DNA of 64,000 bases from Acidobacteria bacterium RIFCSPLOWO2_12_FULL_68_19 (lineage in GTDB: Bacteria > Acidobacteriota > Vicinamibacteria > Vicinamibacterales > UBA2999): the NCBI GenBank assembly GCA_001767525.1, contig MELF01000020.1:11417-75416 (forward strand), given 5' to 3'. Positions 1 to 8,795 of this stretch are shown here, piece after piece. The stretch's first letter is position 1, and every line of letters begins with the position of its first letter. The position numbers and the translations under genes are program-made. The notes under the pieces are model-generated. The model had not been told where the DNA came from. It did not search any database and worked only from the letters and a program-made list of their open reading frames with translations.

Positions 1-37
1 GCCCGTCGGGGTGGAACCAGCCGGACTCAGGCGACCC

Positions 38-406
38 ATGACCGACTCTCAGAGGCAGGTGGCGGCGGCGATTGGCGTGCCGGTGGCGCGGCGGCACATC
101 TTCCTCTGCTGCGACCAGACCACCCCGAAGTGCTGCGCCCGGGAACGGGGACTGGCGGCGTGGGAGTTTCTGAAGCGGCGGCTCACCGAGCTCGGCCTGT
201 CCGACCAGGGCGGGATCCTGCGCACCAAGGCCAATTGCCTGCGCATCTGCGAAGGGGGCCCGGTGGCGGTGGTCTACCCCGAGGGGGCGTGGTACGGGCA
301 GTGCGACCCGCCGGTGCTCGAACGGATTATCCAGGAGCACCTCGTCGGCGGCCGCCTCGTGCCAGAGCACCTGATCGAGGCGCACCCGCTGGACCCGCAG
401 AGCTAG
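38..406 (+). CDS. Thioredoxin-like [2Fe-2S] ferredoxin (NuoE-fold family); start uncertain (GTG 11 or ATG 38)
   Basis: ORF 11..406. Cys pattern [12 protein letters not shown] ... [11 protein letters not shown] (C-x6/7-C ... C-x3-C) is typical of thioredoxin-like 2Fe-2S ferredoxins. Confidence 0.65.
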   Translation: MTDSQRQVAAAIGVPVARRHIFLCCDQTTPKCCARERGLAAWEFLKRRLTELGLSDQGGILRTKANCLRICEGGPVAVVYPEGAWYGQCDPPVLERIIQEHLVGGRLVPEHLIEAHPLDPQS

Positions 407-526
407 AGATAATAGAGACGTAAGGGATATGATTGATAGGCTTCAAACCTGTAAGGACTCCGACCTTATAGTTCACCGCCATTCCCTCTGCAGGTTCCCT
501 ATTGAGCCTCGGAGCTGGGTAGAACA

Positions 527-2365
527 ATGTCAGTGACCGCGTCCGCCGTTCGGGAAGGCTTCCCGCAGGCGCGCCCCGAGCGCGTCGTCAACGATTTCGC
601 CATCCAGGTCGCCACCGTCAACGGATCCGGAAGTCAGACCGCCAACCTGGTGCTCCTGCGCTCCATCTTCCAGATGGGCGTGCCCGTCTCGGGCAAGAAC
701 ATGTTCCCGTCGAACATCGCGGGCCTTCCCACCTGGTACACGATCCGCGCCAGCTCGAAGGGGTACATCGGCCGCAAGAAGGAGGTCGACTTCCTGGTCG
801 CCATGAACCCGGAGACGGCGCGCGAGGACGTGCTGACGCTGCCGCCGGGCGCGGCGGCCGTGTACGACGAGCCGCTCAAGCTCGAGGCGCTCCGCCGCGA
901 CGTCACCTTCTACCCGGTTCCCTTCGACAAGCTAATCACGCCGATCACGCACGACGCCAAGCTGCGCCGCCTCGTGCGCAACATGATCTACGGCGGCGTG
1001 CTCGCCAAGCTCCTGTCGATCGACATGGGGCAGATGGAGAAGGCGCTCCGGAAGCAGCTCGGGAAGAAGGAAAAGGCGATCGCGCTCAACATGAGCGCGC
1101 TCCAGGCGGGCTACGCGTACGCGGACGCGAACCTGCCGAAGCTCGATCCGTTCGCCATCGAACCGATGAACAAGACGCAGGGGATGATCCTCATCGAGGG
1201 GAACGTCTCGGCCGCCATCGGCTGCCTGATGGCGGGCGTCACCTTCGTCGGCTGGTACCCGATCACGCCCTCGTCCTCGCTGTGCGAATCGCTCATCGAC
1301 TACCTGAAGAAGTACCGGAAGGATCCCGAAACCGGCAAGGCGACCTACGCCGTCGTCCAGGCGGAGGACGAGATTGCCGCGCTCGGCATGGTCATCGGCG
1401 CCGGCTGGGTCGGCGCGCGGGCGATGACCTCCACCTCCGGCCCGGGGATTTCGCTGATGGCCGAGTTCGCCGGGCTCGGCTACTACACGGACGCGCCCGC
1501 GGTGATCTTCGACGTCCAGCGCGTCGGACCCTCGACGGGCCTGCCGACCCGCACCGCCCAGCAGGACATCCTGTCGGTGGCGGTGCTCTCGCACGGCGAC
1601 ACGAAGCATCCGCTGCTGCTCCCCTCGTCGGTGTCGGAATGCTACAGCATGGCGATCGACGCCTTCGATCTGGCGGAGCGGCTCCAGACGCCCGTGTTCG
1701 TGATGTCGGATCTCGATCTCGGCATGAACACCTGGATGTCGCACCCGTTCGAGTATCCGAAGAAGCCGCTCGACCGCGGCAAGCGGCTCGACGCGGCGAC
1801 GCTGGCGCGCATCGGCGAGTTCGCCCGCTACCGCGACGTCGACGGCGACGGGATTCCGTACCGCACGGTGCCGGGCGACGGCCTGCCGGCGTACTTCGCG
1901 CGCGGCTCCGGCCACAACGAGAAGGCGCAGTACAGCGAGCGCGCCGACGACTACACCAACAACCTCGACCGGCTCGCCCGCAAGTTCGAAACGGCTCGGA
2001 CGCTGGTGCCGAAGCCCGAGATCGACATGGTCCGGGGCGCGCGCGTCGGCGTCATCGCCTACGGGACGACGCACTGGGCGATCGTGGAATCCCGCGACGA
2101 GTTGAAGGCCGAGCACGGCCTCGACGTGTCGTACCTGCGCCTGCGGGCGTTTCCGTTCACCCGGGAGGTGTTCGACTTCATCGACCGGTGCGATCGGGTC
2201 TACCTGGTCGAGCAGAACCGCGACGCGCAGATGCTGGGGCTCCTCAAGATGGAGTGCACGCCGGCGCAATTCGCCAAGCTAGGCAGCATCAGGCACTATA
2301 TCGGGCTTCCCATCGACGGGCGCTCGGTGACCACGGAACTCGTGAAGCAGGAAGAGGGTCGGTAG
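527..2365 (+). CDS. korA: 2-oxoacid (2-oxoglutarate-type):ferredoxin oxidoreductase, alpha subunit
   Basis: 612-aa ORF with OFOR motifs NGSGSQTAN, WYPITPSSS, TSTSGPGISLM. Size and architecture match two-subunit KorA. ATG is preceded by GGAG. Confidence 0.9.
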   Translation: MSVTASAVREGFPQARPERVVNDFAIQVATVNGSGSQTANLVLLRSIFQMGVPVSGKNMFPSNIAGLPTWYTIRASSKGYIGRKKEVDFLVAMNPETAREDVLTLPPGAAAVYDEPLKLEALRRDVTFYPVPFDKLITPITHDAKLRRLVRNMIYGGVLAKLLSIDMGQMEKALRKQLGKKEKAIALNMSALQAGYAYADANLPKLDPFAIEPMNKTQGMILIEGNVSAAIGCLMAGVTFVGWYPITPSSSLCESLIDYLKKYRKDPETGKATYAVVQAEDEIAALGMVIGAGWVGARAMTSTSGPGISLMAEFAGLGYYTDAPAVIFDVQRVGPSTGLPTRTAQQDILSVAVLSHGDTKHPLLLPSSVSECYSMAIDAFDLAERLQTPVFVMSDLDLGMNTWMSHPFEYPKKPLDRGKRLDAATLARIGEFARYRDVDGDGIPYRTVPGDGLPAYFARGSGHNEKAQYSERADDYTNNLDRLARKFETARTLVPKPEIDMVRGARVGVIAYGTTHWAIVESRDELKAEHGLDVSYLRLRAFPFTREVFDFIDRCDRVYLVEQNRDAQMLGLLKMECTPAQFAKLGSIRHYIGLPIDGRSVTTELVKQEEGR

Positions 2366-3421
2366 ATGTCCACGGAACCCACGGTCCAGCCGCCGGCGCC
2401 CGGCAAGAAGGTGAACCGCATCGGCCTCGAACCGATCGCCTATCGCGGCGGCAAGACGACGCTCTGCGCCGGGTGCGGCCACAACGCCATCACCGAGCGC
2501 CTCATCGAGTCGTTCTTCGAGCTGGGCGTCGATCCGACGCAGGTGATCAAGCTCTCGGGCATCGGCTGCTCGAGCAAGGCGCCCGCCTACTTCCTGAACA
2601 GCGCGCACGGCTTCAACTCGGTGCACGGCCGGATGCCGTCGATCGCCACCGGCGCCGTCGTCGCCAACCGCAAGACGATCGCCGTCGGCATCAGCGGCGA
2701 CGGCGACTCCGGCGCCATCGGCATCGGCCAGTTCGTGCACCTGATGCGCCGCAACCTGCCCATCGTCTACGTCATCGAGGACAACGGCTGCTACGGCCTG
2801 ACCAAGGGGCAGTTCTCGCCGACCGCCGACCTCGGCTCGACGCTCAAGTCGGGCGTGGTCAACGACCTGCCGCCGATCGACACCTGCGCGCTCGCCATCG
2901 AGCTGGGCGCCTCCTTCGTGGCGCGGTCGTTCTCGGGCGACACGAAGCAGCTCAAGGCGATCCTCAAGGCGGCCATCAGCCACCGCGGCACCGCCATGAT
3001 CGACGTCATCTCCCCGTGCGTCACCTTCAACGACCACGAGGGATCGACCAAGAGCTACTCCTACGTCAAGGACCACGACGAGCCGCTCGCCGACGTCAGC
3101 TTCATCCCCTATTTCGAGGAGGTCAACGTCGAGTATGATCCCGGCGCCACCACGGAAGTGATGCTGCACAGCGGATCGAGAATCAGGCTCACGAAGATGG
3201 CCGAGGACTACCGGCCGACCGACAAGATGAACGCGCTGCGCCTCCTGCACGAGACGATGAGCCGCGGCGAGTACGCCACCGGGATCCTGTACATCGAGCC
3301 CGACAAGCAGGATTTCATCGACCTGCTCGGCATCGTCGACGAGCCGCTCGCCTCGCTCCCCGAGACGAGGACCCGGCCGGGGAAGACTGCGCTCGACGAA
3401 ATCATGGAGAGCTTTCGCTGA
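2366..3421 (+). CDS. korB: 2-oxoacid:ferredoxin oxidoreductase, beta (TPP-binding) subunit
   Basis: 351-aa ORF with CAGCGH cluster ligands and TPP motif GISGDGDSGAIG...IEDNGCYGLTKGQ. ATG directly abuts the korA TAG. Confidence 0.9.
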   Translation: MSTEPTVQPPAPGKKVNRIGLEPIAYRGGKTTLCAGCGHNAITERLIESFFELGVDPTQVIKLSGIGCSSKAPAYFLNSAHGFNSVHGRMPSIATGAVVANRKTIAVGISGDGDSGAIGIGQFVHLMRRNLPIVYVIEDNGCYGLTKGQFSPTADLGSTLKSGVVNDLPPIDTCALAIELGASFVARSFSGDTKQLKAILKAAISHRGTAMIDVISPCVTFNDHEGSTKSYSYVKDHDEPLADVSFIPYFEEVNVEYDPGATTEVMLHSGSRIRLTKMAEDYRPTDKMNALRLLHETMSRGEYATGILYIEPDKQDFIDLLGIVDEPLASLPETRTRPGKTALDEIMESFR

Positions 3422-3424
3422 TGC

Positions 3425-3499
3425 TCGACTTCCAACCTCCAACTCCCCATTCCCAGGATGCAGGGGTTGGAAGCTGGAAGGTGGGAATTGGGAGTTGAC
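3425..3499. repeat. C-rich heptad array (TTCCAAC/CTCCAAC/TCCCCAT) followed by its G-rich complement (GGGGTTG/GAAGCTG/GGAATTG/GGAGTTG)
   Basis: Read directly. Same repeat family as 52197..52297. Lies in the korB|nuoA spacer and overlaps the 5' extension of ORF 3458. Confidence 0.7.
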
Positions 3500-3853
3500 A
3501 TGGGTGGGTACCTGTCCGTCGTCATCTACCTGGTCATGATCGTCGCGTTCGCCATCGTCTCGCTGGCGGTGGCGCGCGTGCTGCGCCCCCGGCGTCCGTT
3601 CGCGGCGAAGCTCCAGACCTACGAATGCGGCGCCGAGCCGTTCGGCCAGGCGTGGGTGCAGTTCCCCGTCGGCTTCTACCTGGTGGCGCTGCTCTTCATC
3701 GTGTTCGACGCCCTCGCGGTGTTCCTCTTCCCGTGGGTGCTCGCCCTGCGCGGCCTCGGGATGTGGGCCGTCGTGGCGATGGTGGTGTTCCTGGCGATTC
3801 TGGGACTGGGCTGGTTCTACGCCTTCCGGGAGCGGTTGCTCGAATGGCAGTAA
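3500..3853 (+). CDS. nuoA: NADH-quinone oxidoreductase subunit A
   Basis: Internal ATG (MGGYLSV...) preceded by GGGAG. Three hydrophobic helices. NuoA signature YECGAEPFG...[11 protein letters not shown]. Confidence 0.9.
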   Translation: MGGYLSVVIYLVMIVAFAIVSLAVARVLRPRRPFAAKLQTYECGAEPFGQAWVQFPVGFYLVALLFIVFDALAVFLFPWVLALRGLGMWAVVAMVVFLAILGLGWFYAFRERLLEWQ

Positions 3854-4476
3854 AGGACGCGCCCCGGATCGTTCCCGTCTGGAGGAACTTCAAGGACCTC
3901 CAGGAATGGGAAGCCCTCCACCAGACGCGCCCCGAGGGCGACAAGCACTCCGATCTCTTCGTCAGCCTCACCGACGGCCTTCACAACTTCCCCGGCGGCT
4001 TCGCCCTGACGACCGTCGCCGACGCGTTCCTGAACTGGGCGCGGAAGTCGTCGGTGTGGCCGGTGACGTTCGGGCTCGCCTGCTGCGCCATCGAAATGAT
4101 GGCGACCTTCGCGTCGCGCTTCGACGTCGAGCGCCTCGGGATGGTGCCGTGGGCCTCGCCCCGCCACTCGGACCTGATGATCGTGTCGGGCACGGTGACC
4201 ATCAAGATGGCGCCGATGCTCGAGCGGATCTACGACCAGATGCCGGACCCCAAGTGGGCGGTGTCGATGGGCTCCTGCGCCAACTCGGGCGGCCCGTTCC
4301 GGCACGGTTATCACGTGGTGAAGGGGGTCGACCGGGTGATCCCGGTCGACGTCTACGTGCCGGGCTGCCCGCCGCCCCCCGAGTCGCTGCTGAACGGCCT
4401 GCTGCTGCTCCAGGACCAGATTGCCCATTTCCGGCGCACCGGCCGGCGCGCCGAGCCGAACGGGAAGGTGGACTAG
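3844..4476 (+). CDS. nuoB: NADH-quinone oxidoreductase subunit B
   Basis: In-frame ATG of ORF 3625..4476 (MAVKDAP...). N2-cluster motifs [29 protein letters not shown]. Overlaps the nuoA stop. Confidence 0.92.
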   Translation: MAVKDAPRIVPVWRNFKDLQEWEALHQTRPEGDKHSDLFVSLTDGLHNFPGGFALTTVADAFLNWARKSSVWPVTFGLACCAIEMMATFASRFDVERLGMVPWASPRHSDLMIVSGTVTIKMAPMLERIYDQMPDPKWAVSMGSCANSGGPFRHGYHVVKGVDRVIPVDVYVPGCPPPPESLLNGLLLLQDQIAHFRRTGRRAEPNGKVD

Positions 4477-4494
4477 TCGATGCATCTGTTGCCC

Positions 4495-4578
4495 CCACGT
4501 ACCACCGAGGCACCGAGACACCGAGAACCGGTAATCGACTTTTTCTCGGTGGTACGGTGGCTCGGTGTTCCGTCGGGG
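4495..4578 (+). repeat. Structured intergenic element, CACCGAG-family (nuoB|nuoC spacer)
   Basis: Left arm CCACGTACCACCGAGGCACCGAGACACCGAGAA and right arm TTCTCGGTGGTACGGTGGCTCGGTGTTCCGTCGGGG are built of complementary octamers. Near-identical to 8393..8476. Confidence 0.8.
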
Positions 4579-4598
4579 ATGGGAGGCGGGGAGAATCG

Positions 4599-5051
4599 AT
4601 GACCTCCGACCAGGCCCGCACGCTCATCGCCGAACGCTTCCCTGGCGCCCAGACCGCCGGCGACGCCCCGATGGCCGTCACGGTGCCGGTCGATGCCTGG
4701 GCGAGGTTCGCGCGGTTCGCCAAGGAGACGCTCGGCTGCTGGTTCTTCTCCTTTCTCACGGCGGTCGACTGGAAGGACGAGGGACTCGAAGTCGTCGCCA
4801 AGATCGACAACGTCGACGAGAGACTCTCGCTCCTGGTGAAGGCCCGTCTCGGTCCCGGCGCCTCGGCGTGCCCGTCGCTCTCGGGCGTGTACCGCGGGGC
4901 GATCTGGATGGAGCGGGAGTGCTACGACATGTTCGGCATCCGCTTCGAGGGCCACCCGGACCTGCGGCGCATCCTGCTCGGCGACGACTGGGAGGGGTAC
5001 CCGCTGCTCAAGTCGTACCCCATGGACGCCCCACATCCTCCGTTCAGATGA
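4599..5051 (+). CDS. nuoC: NADH-quinone oxidoreductase subunit C (short form, 150 aa)
   Basis: In-frame ATG of ORF 3906..5051 (MTSDQART...). NuoC signature ERECYDMFGIRFEGHPDLRRILL. Confidence 0.9.
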   Translation: MTSDQARTLIAERFPGAQTAGDAPMAVTVPVDAWARFARFAKETLGCWFFSFLTAVDWKDEGLEVVAKIDNVDERLSLLVKARLGPGASACPSLSGVYRGAIWMERECYDMFGIRFEGHPDLRRILLGDDWEGYPLLKSYPMDAPHPPFR

Positions 5052-6211
5052 GCACAGCCGCCCCCGCCACGCGCGTCGATCTCGAGTACACGGGCAGCGA
5101 ACGGCTCACGATGAACATGGGGCCGCAGCACCCGTCCGCGCACGGCGTGTTCCGCGCCATCCTGACGCTCGAGGGCGAGCAGGTGGTCGGCATCGACACG
5201 GTCATCGGGTACCTCCACCGCTGCCACGAGAAGCTCGCCGAAACGCTGACCTACGCGCAGTATCCGTCGATTGCCTCGAAGACCGACTACGTGGCGGCGA
5301 TGACGAGCGAGTTCGCCTACGTCCGCGCGGCGGAGACGATTGGCAAGATCGAGGTGCCCAAGCGCGGGCAGTACCTGCGGGTGCTCGCGGCCGAGCTGCA
5401 GCGCGTCGCGTCGCACCTGCTCTGGCTCGGCACCTGGTGTCTCGACATGGGCGGCGCGCTCGGCGGCGGCGCGACGATCTTCCTCTACTGCATCCGCGAG
5501 CGCGAGCTGATTCTCGACCTGTTCGAGTCGCTCGTCGGCGCGCGGCTGCTCTACGGGTTCTATCAGGTCGGGGGCGTCCGCTACGACCTGCCGCCCCTTT
5601 GGGCCGACACGTGCCGCCGGACGGTCGACCTCATCGACCAGCGCATCGGCGAGTACGAGCGGATGCTCGAGGACAACCCGTTCTTCCTGGCGCGCACGCA
5701 GGGAGTTGGCGTCGTCTCGCGCGAGCTGGCGCAGGAGGTCGGCATCAGCGGGCCGCTCGTTCGCGGGTCCGGCGTCGCCTACGACCTCCGCCGGACCGAG
5801 CCGTATTCGTCGTACGAGGATTTCGACTTCCGCGTGCCGGTGGAGCCCGGCGGCGACTGCTTCGCGCGGTACCGGGTACGAATGGTCGAGTTCCGGGAGT
5901 CGCTCAGGATCGTCCGCCAGGTGCTCGACGGCCTGCCGGAGGGTCCGATCTCGTCGCGGCCCGGGCTGAAGTCGGTCGCGCAGGTCCGCATCCCGAAGGG
6001 CGAGGCGTACGCCCGCGTCGAAGGGGCGCGGGGCGAGGTCGGCTGCTACCTCGTGGCCGACGGGAGCGCGAAGCCGTACCGGATGAAATGGCGCGGCGCG
6101 TCGTTCTCGAACCTGGCCATCCTGCCGCACGTCATTCCCGGACACAAGGTCGCCGACGTCGTCGCGATCATGGGGTCGGTCGATCCGGTGTTCGGCGAGG
6201 TGGATCGGTGA
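5048..6211 (+). CDS. nuoD: NADH-quinone oxidoreductase subunit D
   Basis: In-frame ATG of ORF 4565..6211 with ATGA overlap on nuoC. Motifs MNMGPQHPSAHGVFR and GYLHRCHEK; 387 aa. Confidence 0.93.
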   Translation: MSTAAPATRVDLEYTGSERLTMNMGPQHPSAHGVFRAILTLEGEQVVGIDTVIGYLHRCHEKLAETLTYAQYPSIASKTDYVAAMTSEFAYVRAAETIGKIEVPKRGQYLRVLAAELQRVASHLLWLGTWCLDMGGALGGGATIFLYCIRERELILDLFESLVGARLLYGFYQVGGVRYDLPPLWADTCRRTVDLIDQRIGEYERMLEDNPFFLARTQGVGVVSRELAQEVGISGPLVRGSGVAYDLRRTEPYSSYEDFDFRVPVEPGGDCFARYRVRMVEFRESLRIVRQVLDGLPEGPISSRPGLKSVAQVRIPKGEAYARVEGARGEVGCYLVADGSAKPYRMKWRGASFSNLAILPHVIPGHKVADVVAIMGSVDPVFGEVDR

Positions 6212-6232
6212 GCCGTCACTTGTCCCCGCGAG

Positions 6233-6299
6233 CCACGGAGGCACGAAGACACGGAGCGAACATGGGCCAATTCGTCTCCGTGCCTCTGTGTCTCCGTGG
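6233..6299 (+). repeat. Structured intergenic element, CACGGAG variant (nuoD|nuoH spacer)
   Basis: CCACGGAGGCACGAAGACACGGAG ... CTCCGTGCCTCTGTGTCTCCGTGG. The arms are mutually complementary. Same architecture and orientation as the other two nuo elements. Confidence 0.8.
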
Positions 6300-6329
6300 C
6301 CCGTGGCGGCGGAGAGCGGTCGAATCGTG

Positions 6330-7307
6330 ATGGAGTGGCTCACACCCCTCGTCGCCCCGTTCATCGTGCTCAACGCGATCATCGGGATCGTCACCTACGT
6401 GACGCTGCTCGAGCGGAAATTCGCCGCCCGGATGCAGTCGCGCGTCGGCCCGTACCGCGTCGGCCCGCACGGGCTGCTGCAGCCGATTGCCGACGCGATC
6501 AAGCTGATGATGAAGGAGGACGTGGTGCCGACGGCGGTGGACCGCCCCGTGTACAACCTGGCGCCGATCGTCTTCCTCGTCCCCTGCATGCTCATCTTCG
6601 CCACGATCCCCTTCGCGCCGGGGCTCGGCGTGGCGGACCTGAACATCGGCATCCTGTTCTTCCTGGCGGTCTCCGCGATGGAGATCGTGGGCCTGTTCAT
6701 GGCCGGCTGGGGATCGAACAACAAGTACGCGCTGCTGTCGGCGATGCGGGCCGTCAACCAGGTGATCTCGTACGATCTGCCGTTCATCTTCTCGGCGCTC
6801 GTGCCGGTGCTGCTCGCCGGATCGCTGCGGCTCTCCGACATCGCCGCCGCGCAGGCGGGGCTCTGGTTCGTGTTCTACCCGGTCGTCGGCCAGCTCGCCT
6901 TCATCGCCTTCATCGTCTCGACGGTGGCGGCGGAGAACCGCGCGCCGTTCGACATCCTCGAGGCCGAGTCGGAGCTCGTGGCGGGGTTCCGCGTCGAGTA
7001 CTCGGGGATGAAGTTCGCCATCATCCAGCTCGCCGAGTACGCGCACGTCGTCGGCGCGTCGTTCCTCGGCGCGCTGCTCTTCCTCGGCGCCTGGGCGGGG
7101 CCCGGCCCCGAGTGGCTCGGACCGGGTTGGTTCCTGCTCAAGGCGATGTTCGTCTTCCTGCTCGTCACCTGGGTGCGATGGAGCTTCGTCCGCATCCGCG
7201 TCGACCAGATCCTGGCGCTCTCGTGGAAGGTGCTGCTGCCGGCGACGCTCGTGCTGCTCATCGCGGCCGCCATCGTCGTCGTCTGGAGGGGAACGCCCGG
7301 TGTCTGA
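6330..7307 (+). CDS. nuoH: NADH-quinone oxidoreductase subunit H
   Basis: In-frame ATG of ORF 6288..7307. Signature LLERKFAARMQSRVGPYRVGPHGLLQPIADAIKLMMKED; multi-TM. Confidence 0.92.
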   Translation: MEWLTPLVAPFIVLNAIIGIVTYVTLLERKFAARMQSRVGPYRVGPHGLLQPIADAIKLMMKEDVVPTAVDRPVYNLAPIVFLVPCMLIFATIPFAPGLGVADLNIGILFFLAVSAMEIVGLFMAGWGSNNKYALLSAMRAVNQVISYDLPFIFSALVPVLLAGSLRLSDIAAAQAGLWFVFYPVVGQLAFIAFIVSTVAAENRAPFDILEAESELVAGFRVEYSGMKFAIIQLAEYAHVVGASFLGALLFLGAWAGPGPEWLGPGWFLLKAMFVFLLVTWVRWSFVRIRVDQILALSWKVLLPATLVLLIAAAIVVVWRGTPGV

Positions 7308-7887
7308 CGTGCAGATCGCCGCCGACGTCCGCGCGCTCCGCGACGCCGCACCCCGCCCGCCGACGGAGGTGCGCGTCATCGTCCGCGCGATTCTGGCGGC
7401 GATGCGCGTGACGCTGCGGAACCTGTTCCGCACGCCGGTTACGGTGCACTATCCGGACAAGGAGCGCGCCTATCCCTCCCGCTACCGCGGCCTGCTGGCG
7501 CTCGCCTACGACAAGGAGACCGGCGAGGAGGCGTGCATCGGCTGCCGTCTCTGCGAGTACGTCTGCCCGCCGGCGGTGATCAAGGTCGAGATGCTCAAGA
7601 GCGAGAAGCGGAACTACGCCAAGACGTTCACGCTCGAGTTGTACGCCTGTGAGTTCTGCGAGCTGTGCGTGCAGGTCTGCCCGACCGACGCGATCGTGAT
7701 GACGAAGTCGTTCGACCTGTCGACGACCGACCGCCGCGAGCTGCTGCTCGACAAGGACAAGCTCCACGCCATCGGCAGGCAGTTCGAGCAGTCGTGGGCC
7801 ACCGGCAGCAAGCTGCGCGACATGCAGGGACCGCCCAAGCTGGCGCGCGCCGTGGAGCACGCCGTGGAGGGGCCCCCGGGCGTATGA
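7300..7887 (+). CDS. nuoI: NADH-quinone oxidoreductase subunit I (2x[4Fe-4S])
   Basis: GTG start overlapping the nuoH end. Two ferredoxin motifs, CIGCRLCEYVCP and CEFCELCVQVCP. Confidence 0.9.
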   Translation: MSDVQIAADVRALRDAAPRPPTEVRVIVRAILAAMRVTLRNLFRTPVTVHYPDKERAYPSRYRGLLALAYDKETGEEACIGCRLCEYVCPPAVIKVEMLKSEKRNYAKTFTLELYACEFCELCVQVCPTDAIVMTKSFDLSTTDRRELLLDKDKLHAIGRQFEQSWATGSKLRDMQGPPKLARAVEHAVEGPPGV

Positions 7888-8378
7888 GCGCCGACGTGCT
7901 GGCCTTCTGGTTCCTGGCGATCGTCCTCGTCGGCTCGGCGCTGGCCGTCGTGCTGACGAAGAACCTGTTCCACGCCGTGCTCTGGCTCGCGCTCGCGCTC
8001 ACCGGGACCGCGGGCGTCTTCCTGCTGCTCGATGCCGAGTTCCTCGCCGCCGTCCAGCTCCTCCTGTACGCCGGCGGCATCGTCACGATCGTCGTCTTCG
8101 CGATCGTCGTCACCGAGCGGCTCGTCGGCGAGCGCCTCTCGCAGACGAGCCGGCGGATTGGCGGCGGCGCGGTCGTGGCCGGCGGCGTGCTCGCCCTCCT
8201 CCTGAACGCCATGCGGGGGCAGCCGTTCCCGGCGGCGCGTCCGGAGATGGCGGGCGACCTGACGCGCCTGATCGGTGAAACGGTGCTGACGCGGTTCGTG
8301 CTGCCGTTCGAGCTGCTCGCCGTGCTGATGCTGGCGGCGCTCATGGGCGCGATCTATTTCGCGAGGCCGGACGAGTAA
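7884..8378 (+). CDS. nuoJ: NADH-quinone oxidoreductase subunit J
   Basis: In-frame ATG of ORF 7665..8378 with ATGA overlap on nuoI. 164 aa, hydrophobic, motif AEFLAAVQLLLYAGGI. Confidence 0.88.
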   Translation: MSADVLAFWFLAIVLVGSALAVVLTKNLFHAVLWLALALTGTAGVFLLLDAEFLAAVQLLLYAGGIVTIVVFAIVVTERLVGERLSQTSRRIGGGAVVAGGVLALLLNAMRGQPFPAARPEMAGDLTRLIGETVLTRFVLPFELLAVLMLAALMGAIYFARPDE

Positions 8379-8392
8379 TGCCTTCTTCACCT

Positions 8393-8476
8393 CCACGTAC
8401 CACCGAGGCACTGAGACACCGAGGAGTTCTTGCCACATTGGCCTCGGTGTCCCGGCGTCTCGGTGTTCCGTTGGGG
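8393..8476 (+). repeat. Structured intergenic element, CACCGAG-family (nuoJ|nuoK spacer)
   Basis: CCACGTACCACCGAGGCACTGAGACACCGAGGA ... CCTCGGTGTCCCGGCGTCTCGGTGTTCCGTTGGGG. About 30/32 identity to the left arm at 4495. Confidence 0.8.
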
Positions 8477-8495
8477 CAATGGAGCGTGTAGTCGC

Positions 8496-8795
8496 GTGGG
8501 TCTTCAGGCATATCTCACACTCGCGGCGGTGGTCTTCTGCATCGGGTTGTTCGGCGTGATGACGCGTCGCAACACGATCGGCATCCTGCTGGGCATCGAG
8601 CTGATGCTGAACTCGGTCAACATCAATCTGGTGGCGTTCGCCCGCTACAGCGGCGACGTGACCGGGATGGTGTTCACCCTCTTCACGATCTGCATCACCG
8701 TGGCCGAGGCCGCGGTCGGCCTCGCCCTCGTCATTCTCCTCTTCCGCGTGCGCCGGACCGTGACCGCGGATCACCTGGATCTGCTCAAGGGATGA
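8496..8795 (+). CDS. nuoK: NADH-quinone oxidoreductase subunit K
   Basis: GTG in frame within ORF 8430..8795, GGAG 10 nt upstream. 99 aa. Motif GVMTRRNTIGILLGIELMLNSVNINLVAF. Confidence 0.85.
   Translation: MGLQAYLTLAAVVFCIGLFGVMTRRNTIGILLGIELMLNSVNINLVAFARYSGDVTGMVFTLFTICITVAEAAVGLALVILLFRVRRTVTADHLDLLKG

Noticed and set aside
406-527. Relatively AT-rich spacer upstream of korA as a sigma-70 promoter (TTGATA ... TATAGT)
   Set aside because: The hexamer spacing is wrong: 28 nt for TTGATA/TATAGT and 19 nt for TTCAAA/TATAGT. A promoter is plausible here but cannot be positioned from sequence alone.
932-3442. Several long ORFs overlapping korAB (932..2269 minus, 1282..3138 plus, 2279..3442 minus)
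   Set aside because: They overlap well-supported korA/korB in other frames and have an Arg/Pro/Gly-dominated composition. They are shadow frames.
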